From an uncultured Gammaproteobacteria bacterium (lineage in GTDB: Bacteria > Patescibacteriota > Microgenomatia > Levybacterales > UBA12049): a stretch of 64,000 nucleotides of DNA. The DNA is taken from positions 141,983-205,982 of the forward strand of contig CAYMJR010000001.1 in assembly GCA_964391315.1 (NCBI GenBank), written 5' to 3'. The notes under the pieces were generated by a model. It was not told the origin of the DNA, did not search any database, and was given only the letters and a program-made list of their open reading frames with translations. Below are positions 56,215 to 64,000 of this stretch, piece by piece. How positions within the stretch are numbered: position 1 is the stretch's first letter; each line of letters opens with the position of its first letter. Position numbers and translations under genes: made by a program.

Positions 56215-58530
56215 ATGAAGCGAATTCTGCCATTCGTTATTTTATTGTTCACGCTTTGCGTCAGCCCTGTCCTGGCCGATGTAACCCAAGTCTCAAACCT
56301 TTCAATCACCGCCACAGTAAATCCGCAAGCAGGAGATTATAAACTATCCCTGGGTTCATCAACCCAGGAAAGAATTATTCCACAAAATACAATAATTAAT
56401 TATAGTATCACCTATGGTGCAAGCGGATCAGCAAGCTTTGACTCACCGACTAAAATTGTTGCTGATTGGAAAAGCTCTGATGCTGCAAGCGGTGTTCATG
56501 TCTTAGATTATATTGGTGGTAGTGCAACACGCGGCTATGGAAATACTACTCCAGAAGTTGATTTGGAAAACCGCACCATTACTTGGAATCTTCCTTCACT
56601 GCCTCCAGGAACAGTGAATCAACAGGTAAATTTTAATCTTCGGACAAATACCAATTACACAGGACAATACGATATTCAATTTACCGTCAGAGCAAATCTC
56701 ACCAATCAATATATTACTTTTCCTGAACAACTGATCACAAAGTCCTACCGCTTCAGTACTAATCCAAATCCCAATGCACCAACCGGAATCCCTGAAACAA
56801 CACCTGAAACGCCACCTAGTGCTCCTGAAAAGCCATCTGGACCAGCAATTACCAATTTATCCTTCACAGATATTACAAGCTCTACAGCAACCCTCCTTGT
56901 CAACACAAGTAAAGCGGCAAAAATGAAAGTAATGTATGGAACTTACTCCAGAGGTCTTGGTAATTCACTAACGACTGGTGAGTATACTCAGAGCAACAAG
57001 GTGACACTTGATGGACTTTTTGCAGCAACCAACTATTATTTGAGTATTGTCCTCACAGACCGCGATGACCAAACAACCACCTCTGAAGTCTTTGTCTTCC
57101 ACACTGCAGAGAAATCTACTCCGCCTGATTTACAAAACAATATTATTGTTGTTACCAGCGGCGGCAATATTTTGTTCTCAGATATAGAAGGCCAGAACCA
57201 AAGCAATCCGGTTGCCTTGTTGACACCTGATTCTGACTATGAATTGAACTATGCGCTTCGTCATCCTATTGCACTGAAATCAATTGACGCGATTATCAGA
57301 AACAAAGTGCTTGCTATTACCAATACTGCATATGCAGCTGATAGCGGCACCATAATGATCCCCATGACAGAGAAATCTCCATCCACCTATTTTGCCCCAT
57401 TAAAAACTCTAACACCAGGACAATTTGAGGTATATGTCAGAATTGCCGATGTTCATGGAAACATCACAGAACAAAAGGTTGCAGAATTAAAAGTCATGCA
57501 GTATCTGTCAGTCTTTGATGATGGCAATAAGCAACCAATTGGCGACAGTCGCGTCTTTATCTCCTACTACAATATGCTCTCAGGTAATTATGAGCCGCTC
57601 GCCCACGATATCTTCAGCAATATTCCCAATCCGAGTTATTCACTGGTCAATGGGGCTGTCAAAATTAATCTCCCACCTGGCAGATATCGGGCTCTCGTGA
57701 GTGCGTTTGGGTACGCACAAAAATCTGTTGATTTTGTTCTTGGAGCCAATGCAGGTGACGATTTTCCAAATGTTTTCCTTCATAAAGACCAGACAAATGT
57801 GTTGAATTATATCAACTATTACGGCAATGCTCTCTCAGATCTTACCAACAACGTCACAACCGCTGTCAACGGTATCGCTGTTTCTGTCCGCTTCTTTAAC
57901 TTGCTTGCAACCTTTATCCTGCTCGTCACCATTTTTGTTACGTTTGTCTTCTTCTCCCTTCGCACTCGTGTGTATCTTCGCCATGTCTTCCCCTACTTTA
58001 CTCACCACATCACCCGACTCACGCGCCGACAACCACTGGGAACATTCTGCGCCATTATCACTGATGAGCAAGGTAAAAGAATTCAAGGAGCTCTTCTCTC
58101 AGTACTTGATGATGCAACAGGTGAACTGCTTACCTCAATTACTACCAATACTGTAGGTGTTTGTTATCTATTCAATCCGAAAGAGCACAAAAATTTGAAA
58201 CTATTAATCATAAAGCAGGGCTATCAACCAAAAACGGTTGCTGTTGAATCAGACATCGCAGAAACACCAAACGGCCTGACAATTGTCTTAAAGAAAGGCC
58301 AGCGGCCGGCACATGCTGTATTTACAAACATCATACGGTTTATCGAAGCAATCGCAGGAAGATTCTTTGAAGTCTCACTTTTCGTGTCTTTCATTCTGGA
58401 GTTCTTCTTTATGTCCGTTTATGGATGGAATAAAACAGTTCCATTCTTTGCTCTCTCCTTCATCAATTTACTTTTGTGGATTATGTATCAGAAAGAAAAA
58501 CAAGACCGCAAGGTATTCAAGAAAGTGTAG
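56215..58530 (+). CDS. Surface protein with DUF11/FN3/carboxypeptidase-regulatory-like domains and C-terminal TMs
   Basis: Signal peptide; YSITY, LDGLFAATNYY, LPPGRY..GY; internal TM and two terminal TMs. Confidence 0.7.
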   Translation: MKRILPFVILLFTLCVSPVLADVTQVSNLSITATVNPQAGDYKLSLGSSTQERIIPQNTIINYSITYGASGSASFDSPTKIVADWKSSDAASGVHVLDYIGGSATRGYGNTTPEVDLENRTITWNLPSLPPGTVNQQVNFNLRTNTNYTGQYDIQFTVRANLTNQYITFPEQLITKSYRFSTNPNPNAPTGIPETTPETPPSAPEKPSGPAITNLSFTDITSSTATLLVNTSKAAKMKVMYGTYSRGLGNSLTTGEYTQSNKVTLDGLFAATNYYLSIVLTDRDDQTTTSEVFVFHTAEKSTPPDLQNNIIVVTSGGNILFSDIEGQNQSNPVALLTPDSDYELNYALRHPIALKSIDAIIRNKVLAITNTAYAADSGTIMIPMTEKSPSTYFAPLKTLTPGQFEVYVRIADVHGNITEQKVAELKVMQYLSVFDDGNKQPIGDSRVFISYYNMLSGNYEPLAHDIFSNIPNPSYSLVNGAVKINLPPGRYRALVSAFGYAQKSVDFVLGANAGDDFPNVFLHKDQTNVLNYINYYGNALSDLTNNVTTAVNGIAVSVRFFNLLATFILLVTIFVTFVFFSLRTRVYLRHVFPYFTHHITRLTRRQPLGTFCAIITDEQGKRIQGALLSVLDDATGELLTSITTNTVGVCYLFNPKEHKNLKLLIIKQGYQPKTVAVESDIAETPNGLTIVLKKGQRPAHAVFTNIIRFIEAIAGRFFEVSLFVSFILEFFFMSVYGWNKTVPFFALSFINLLLWIMYQKEKQDRKVFKKV

Positions 58531-58974
58531 CTATTTGCAAGTATTCTGCGCAGTAATATTTACGATGATCTAATTATCTATACAAAAAAACCATTTCCAC
58601 CATTTTTTAGCCTCGTTTTTTTAAATGGAATCTTTGCAGTGTAATTTTAGAAGGATTTTTATAACTTTATATATATCAATATATATCGTAATATAAATCA
58701 ATATTTCATCTGCTTGAAGTCCTTATCTTGTTTGTGACATGATAAAATTATGGAAAATTCAGAAAGCAACGGACAACCCCCAAAAAAGATAGCAAGAAAA
58801 AGAGAGAGATCATGCATAACAGCTCTAGCAGTCCAAAAGTACTTATCGATAAATCTAAAGGAAACGAGTTCTCTCCTTTATTAAAGAGCAAAGTTAATAA
58901 TTCTCAAATTCACTGGAAAATGCTTAATAAGCAAACAGACGAAAATTCTCCTGAAGTACCATCTGACGAATAAA

Positions 58975-59760
58975 TTACAGCACCTTTCTTGCAAATCTCT
59001 CTCTGAGGATGAGAACAAGAAACTGGAAAAGTGCCAGTTGCCTCTTCCATCGCCAAGGTTGGACAATAAGACGGAACAACCATTCAAATCCAAGGAGTCG
59101 GATAAATAGTGGCGCGCGCACTACTTTCCCACTCAGATAATCAAATGCACCGCCCACTCCCATCGCCGCCTTCACCGGAAGACTGTCCAGGTTTTTTATA
59201 ATCCAATTTTCCTGCTTTGGGAAACCGAATGCAACGAAAAGGATATCGATTGGTTTAGCTAAACGAGGGAGACTCCTGGCATGACTCCCCTTACCTTTAA
59301 ATTTAGGGAAACTATATCTTAATATATCATTTTTGCCATTACCCCACTCTTCACCTACCCATGCAATAGTGATCCAAGGGTACTTTTTCTTCAAGCGGTC
59401 AGCCGTCAACTCTGCTACACCACCTCTTCCACCGAGAAAGCCCATGGACATAGGCTTTTCGCGAGATGCCATACAGAGCTTTTCTATGAAGTCAACTCCT
59501 GTAACCCGTTCTGGAAGCTGTTTTCCCATCAGGTAGCCTCCTAAAATAAGCCCTATACCATCAGGTAAAGCAACATCTGCCGTGTTTAGCCTCGATTTAT
59601 ACTCCGGATGAGTTGAGGCGTAGACAAGGATTTCGGGGTTGGGTGTTGTGATAAAGAGCTTTTTTGATGAGGTACCTATGTTTGACACTACATACTCCAG
59701 GATATTTTCTTCTGTTTCAGACGTTATCGCGACATCAAGGAGTTTTATTGTGTTTAACAT
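58975..59760 (-). CDS. WecB/TagA/CpsF family glycosyltransferase
   Basis: TPNPE, PDGIG, RVTGVD, GFPKQE, GVGGAFD, EWLFRL..QP.R. Confidence 0.92.
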   Translation of the reverse strand: MLNTIKLLDVAITSETEENILEYVVSNIGTSSKKLFITTPNPEILVYASTHPEYKSRLNTADVALPDGIGLILGGYLMGKQLPERVTGVDFIEKLCMASREKPMSMGFLGGRGGVAELTADRLKKKYPWITIAWVGEEWGNGKNDILRYSFPKFKGKGSHARSLPRLAKPIDILFVAFGFPKQENWIIKNLDSLPVKAAMGVGGAFDYLSGKVVRAPLFIRLLGFEWLFRLIVQPWRWKRQLALFQFLVLILRERFARKVL

Positions 59761-60001
59761 ATTTCACAAACAGTTATAATGCTAAAATAATTTTATGAAA
59801 AATTGTCTAAAAAACAATTTTTGAGTAGATAGATTATACAAAATGTGAATCTAAAATAATCAATCTAGCCTCAATAAAGCGTTAAAAAATTTTGTCATCC
59901 TTCTTTTAAAACTATTGGCTAAGAACATTTATGAAAAGAGCCACGTTTTTATCCCCTTTTCTTAGCAAATTACTAATCTAAACCATTTCTACAGGATAAA
60001 T

Positions 60002-61045
60002 CTACTTTTTATTTATGCTTCGTTTATAGAGTTCTATATTCTCCATCGCGACACCAGTACCGCGGGCGACACAAAGCAATGCATCCTCAGCCACGTGACA
60101 TGGAACACCTGTTGTTTCAGTCATCAACTTGTCAAAATTTGTAAGAAGCGATGAGCCTCCAGACATCACAATACCTTTATCAATAATATCACTCGCGAGC
60201 TCAGGAGGACATTGCTCAAGAACTTCTTTCACTCCTTTAATAATATCCATCAGAACCGGTTTGATCGCTTCATTCACCTGCACCTCATCAAGAGCGATGG
60301 TGCGTGGAAGACCAGTGATGTTATCACGGCCACGAACTTCCATGGCCTCAGCATTGCTGCCAGTCTTTTTTCGGTCAGTATCTGCAGTTGCGTTCCCTAT
60401 CTGAATCTTGATCTGTTCCGCAGTGGTCTCACCGACAAGAAGATTAAATTTTTTCTTGATGTTGTTTGCAATTGTTTCATCAATTCTATTCCCTGCAACT
60501 CTGACCGAGCTATGAACAACGACGCCGCCAAGTGAAATAACAGCAGACTCAGTTGAACCGCCACCGATGTTAACAATCATATGTCCTGCAGCTTGAGCAA
60601 TAGGAATGCGGGCACCAATTGCAGCCGCCAACGGTTCATCAATAAGATACGCAACTTTAGCACCCGCTGACATTGTCGCATCCAAGACAGCACGTCTCTC
60701 TACCTGTGTCACGCCTGATGGCACACAGACCATCACTTCTGGTTTGAAAAAACGCGCATTGCCGCACACTTTATCAATGAAATATGAAAGCATTGCTTCA
60801 GTAATCGTATAATCAGCAACAACTCCATTGCGAAGCGGCCGAAGTGCAGTCACATTGCCTGGCGTTCGTCCAAGCATTTCCTTTGCTTCGTGCCCGACAG
60901 CAACAACCTTATTCTCTTCTGCAGTAACAGCAACAACTGTCGGCTCATTAAGAACAATCCCTTCGCCAACGACATAAACAAGAGTGTTGGCCGTTCCGAG
61001 GTCAATTCCGATTCGTTTGGTTGTTGGAAGACTGAAGTTAAACAT
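60002..61045 (-). CDS. mreB: Rod shape-determining actin MreB/Mbl (paralogue 2)
   Basis: IGIDLGTANT, DEPLAAAIGA, NIGGGSTE, MSGGSSLL. Confidence 0.95.
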   Translation of the reverse strand: MFNFSLPTTKRIGIDLGTANTLVYVVGEGIVLNEPTVVAVTAEENKVVAVGHEAKEMLGRTPGNVTALRPLRNGVVADYTITEAMLSYFIDKVCGNARFFKPEVMVCVPSGVTQVERRAVLDATMSAGAKVAYLIDEPLAAAIGARIPIAQAAGHMIVNIGGGSTESAVISLGGVVVHSSVRVAGNRIDETIANNIKKKFNLLVGETTAEQIKIQIGNATADTDRKKTGSNAEAMEVRGRDNITGLPRTIALDEVQVNEAIKPVLMDIIKGVKEVLEQCPPELASDIIDKGIVMSGGSSLLTNFDKLMTETTGVPCHVAEDALLCVARGTGVAMENIELYKRSINKK

Positions 61046-61209
61046 AATACTGAACCATTTAACCCTATCAAACTAGACATAAACCACATCAAATATTCTG
61101 GTTTAGCCGTGTTTCCTTGATTATATACACCTCTTCCACAATTTGCAAAGCCCCTTCCTTGCATCACCTCTTATAAAGGGAGTATAATTCTTAGTGAACC
61201 TTATAATAT

Positions 61210-62502
61210 ATGGAAGAAGTCGATCCAATGCATCAAGAAATTCATGGTCACCCACCCATGCATCAACAGAAACGTTCTGTGAGAAAACAAGTGTTTATCT
61301 CTCTTGTCGTACTCTGTCTGTTAATCCTCACAACAACAATGGTAGTTTTGTATGGCAGAGGCTATCGGCTTGGTTTTCAAAAAAGCGGTCCACAACTTTC
61401 AAAGACCGGCATTCTCCAAGTCAAAAGTCTTCCAACTGGCGCGCAAATTTATATTGATGGTCATCTACAAACCGCAACCGATAACGACATTAATCTTACT
61501 CCTGGCAAATATACCGTTAGAATTACGAAAGATGGATATGATGATTGGCAAAAAGATATGCAGATCGAAAAAGAAATTGTCAGCAGTGCTTACGCGCTTC
61601 TTTTCCCCAAAGCACCTACACTGCAAAGTATTTCTACCTTTGGTGTAGAATCAGCAGTTGTCGATCCATCAGAGACCAGAATTGCCTTCCGAATTGCCTC
61701 AAATTCAGCTCAGAAAAATGGCATTTATGTTTTTGAAATGACCAACAGAGGATTTCCTGTGCTTGCAGGACAAAGCGGTTCGACCCAAATCGTCGACGAA
61801 ACTATTGATAACTTCTCACAAGCGAAAATTACCTGGTCACCTGATGGCAAACAAATTTTGGCATCAATTCCACTTGGTGAGTCAAGTACCTATTATCTTC
61901 TCAAAAGTGATAGCTTTAATAGTGCACCCCAAAACGTCACTACCACTGTCCAAAGTATTCTCGATTCCTGGAATCAGGAGCGTCTTGATAAGCAAGAAGC
62001 ACGGCTCAAATCACTGAAAAAACCTGTACAAGCATTTGCACGACAGAATTTTCGTATCCTCGCCTGGTCACCTGACGAAACAAAGATCCTGTATCAAGCT
62101 TCTCATTCTGCAGAAATGCCTATTTTTCTCAAACCAAGACTGATTGGAAACAACCTTCTGTATGAACGACGTGATCTGAAAGAAGGAGCAATTTACGTGT
62201 ATCATATTAATGAGGATGTAAACACACGAATCGTCGATACAACAAGTGAACAGTGTACTGAATTGGAACAAGATTGTGACCGCTCGCTTACCTGGTTCCC
62301 AGACTCATCACATCTTATCTATGTGCATGATAAAAAGATTGATCTTGTTGAAGACGATGGAGCAAATATGACAACAATCTATGCAGGGCCATTCCTTGAT
62401 CATTATGTTTACCCTTGGCCTGATGGATCAAAGATTGTGATTTTGACAAATCTCGGCAACTCCAGTACTTCCCCAACACTATATACAATTGGTTTAAAAT
62501 AA
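61210..62502 (+). CDS. PEGA-domain protein with TolB-like beta-propeller
   Basis: TM; GILQVKSLPTGAQIYIDG..PGKY..KDGY..W; repeated WSPDG. Confidence 0.8.
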   Translation: MEEVDPMHQEIHGHPPMHQQKRSVRKQVFISLVVLCLLILTTTMVVLYGRGYRLGFQKSGPQLSKTGILQVKSLPTGAQIYIDGHLQTATDNDINLTPGKYTVRITKDGYDDWQKDMQIEKEIVSSAYALLFPKAPTLQSISTFGVESAVVDPSETRIAFRIASNSAQKNGIYVFEMTNRGFPVLAGQSGSTQIVDETIDNFSQAKITWSPDGKQILASIPLGESSTYYLLKSDSFNSAPQNVTTTVQSILDSWNQERLDKQEARLKSLKKPVQAFARQNFRILAWSPDETKILYQASHSAEMPIFLKPRLIGNNLLYERRDLKEGAIYVYHINEDVNTRIVDTTSEQCTELEQDCDRSLTWFPDSSHLIYVHDKKIDLVEDDGANMTTIYAGPFLDHYVYPWPDGSKIVILTNLGNSSTSPTLYTIGLK

Positions 62503-62604
62503 ATCGTAATATATCAAAATCTGCCATAATTTTAACTCTACTTGCCTCTTCTTATTAATATCTGTACTATGTATTCTAGGAGGTATTTTACCTTCTCGTT
62601 TGTT

Positions 62605-63387
62605 ATGCAAAAACTGCCCATCTTATGCATAGGGATTCTATTAGAAATAGGACTTCTTTTTCCTTTTGCGGTCCAAAAAGTCTTTGCTGAAGATATCAGC
62701 TCAGTTGGTATTGCGACATATATGCCAATTACGCAAAATGTCGAAGATGGTGATATTATCAGCACCTCTCCCCAAGGATATGGGCTAAGTACAAAAAGCT
62801 ATGATTCCCAAGTTATCGGCATTGTTGCCAAAAAACCAGCGATTGCATTGAAAACAGATACAGAACAAGGAGGAATACCAGTTGTCAACGTCGGTACCGC
62901 ACTTGTAAAAGTAATGGGAACAAATGGCAATATCAAAAAAGGTGACTATCTTACGACCTCTGACAAAAAAGGTGTGGGGATGAAAGCAACTCGAAGCGGG
63001 TATGTCCTCGGGCAAGCATTGGAAGACGTAACTTTTAAAAATAAGAGTGATATCACTCTCATGGCAATTAACCTGAATCTCCATTTTTTCCAGACTAAGG
63101 CTACTGTTAATGATTCAATTACGCAAATTTTTTCCATTAGTCAATTGGCAGCCTACGAGGAACCGTTGACTGTCTTTAAGTATGTTGTCTCTGCAGGAAT
63201 CCTCATTCTTTCATTTGCGTTCGGCTTTCTTATCTTCTCCCGTGCTATTAATTCCGGAATTCAGGCTTTGGGAAGAAATCCTCTTGCAGGCCGGATGATA
63301 CAACTATCTATCATTTTTAATGTCGTTCTTGTTATTATTATAATAATGTCAGCAATTGCCATAATCTGGCTGTTCTTGAGGTTATGA
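62605..63387 (+). CDS. Exported-domain membrane protein with C-terminal ATP synthase subunit c-like hairpin
   Basis: Signal peptide; domain shared with 45759-50528; TM-GIQALGRNPLA-TM; start uncertain (62542-62605). Confidence 0.65.
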   Translation: MQKLPILCIGILLEIGLLFPFAVQKVFAEDISSVGIATYMPITQNVEDGDIISTSPQGYGLSTKSYDSQVIGIVAKKPAIALKTDTEQGGIPVVNVGTALVKVMGTNGNIKKGDYLTTSDKKGVGMKATRSGYVLGQALEDVTFKNKSDITLMAINLNLHFFQTKATVNDSITQIFSISQLAAYEEPLTVFKYVVSAGILILSFAFGFLIFSRAINSGIQALGRNPLAGRMIQLSIIFNVVLVIIIIMSAIAIIWLFLRL

Positions 63388-64000
63388 TTATTACTGTCCC
63401 AAGTATCATGACTGCAATCTCCGTCCTCGGAGTATTAAGTATACTCGGCGCGCTTGCGCTGTTTATTCATCATGTCCTTAAACGTGAACACGAATTCCAG
63501 GAAAAAGAAAAAGCCACCTTTGGGCAGTATGAGGAGATTATTAAACGTGCACATGAACAAGCTGCAGATATTTTGGATAAAACTGTCACCACCTCAGAAC
63601 ATCTTCTTTCAAATGTTCATGGAACAAATGACACAATCGCGGCAGATTTCGATAAAATTCTGCAGGCAATAGCCCAGAAAGAACTTCAGGCAATCAACCA
63701 CGAAGCAGCACTCCTTAAGAAGGGCTATGAAAATAAAATTACGCAAATGGAAGCAACAATGGACCAAAATACGGCTACCATGCTCCAAAATACCGCAGCA
63801 AATCTCGACAAACAAATGACAACATTCACTCAGAATCTTTTGACCCATGCAAGCAAATCTGAGGAAATGATTGGTACTAAAACACAAGAAATGCTTGGAC
63901 AAATAGAGACTGAGGTAAACGAATACAAAAGGAAAAAACTCGCGACAGCCGATCAGGAGATTTATCAACTTATCCAAAAAACCTATCTGGAAGTTCTGGG
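63384..64000 (+). CDS. TM plus long coiled-coil protein, ATP synthase b-like (partial, runs off window)
   Basis: ATGA overlap with the upstream stop; MIITVPSIM..TM..IIKRAHEQAADIL; open to the window end. Confidence 0.65.
   Translation, partial: MIITVPSIMTAISVLGVLSILGALALFIHHVLKREHEFQEKEKATFGQYEEIIKRAHEQAADILDKTVTTSEHLLSNVHGTNDTIAADFDKILQAIAQKELQAINHEAALLKKGYENKITQMEATMDQNTATMLQNTAANLDKQMTTFTQNLLTHASKSEEMIGTKTQEMLGQIETEVNEYKRKKLATADQEIYQLIQKTYLEVL

Noticed and set aside
105-61045. Two mreB copies as an assembly duplication
   Set aside because: The proteins are clearly diverged paralogues in different contexts
63454-63977. 72-aa plus and 122-aa minus ORFs
   Set aside because: Alternative frames of the long open frame starting at 63384
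1-64000. Recoded genetic code (TGA read-through)
   Set aside because: Conserved genes are full length under code 11 and TGA ends several genes normally

Overview
Chromosomal segment of a low-GC, reduced-genome bacterium using the standard code. By inference it is a Patescibacteria/CPR member of Microgenomates type (N-terminally extended L1, stand-alone PolA polymerase domain, two mreB paralogues, giant secreted protein, many apparently leaderless genes). The housekeeping backbone (mreB, def-fmt, rpmB, tRNA-Thr/Tyr/Thr, rpmG, tRNA-Trp, glmS-secE-nusG-rplK-rplA, rplJ-rplL) is interrupted twice: by ~20 kb of mostly accessory stress/transport genes after tRNA-Trp, and by a glycosyltransferase/surface block between rplA and rplJ. 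RNA and regulatory elements read from the sequence: a complete variant glmS ribozyme with extra hairpins, an L10 leader, a CIRCE operator on hsp20, and a ~180-nt rod-shaped 6S-like RNA candidate. The right third holds a candidate surface-appendage system: a 1589-aa fibre-like protein, a BldC-like HTH plus degenerate PIN pair, and WxL-like subunit/DUF916-like chaperone pairs. It ends with a membrane protein that fuses the fibre's C-terminal domain to an ATP-synthase c-like hairpin lacking the ion-binding carboxylate, followed by a b-like coiled coil. A ROK-like kinase appears to have an internally transposed 26-aa beta-hairpin. All family assignments are by eye; no searches were run.
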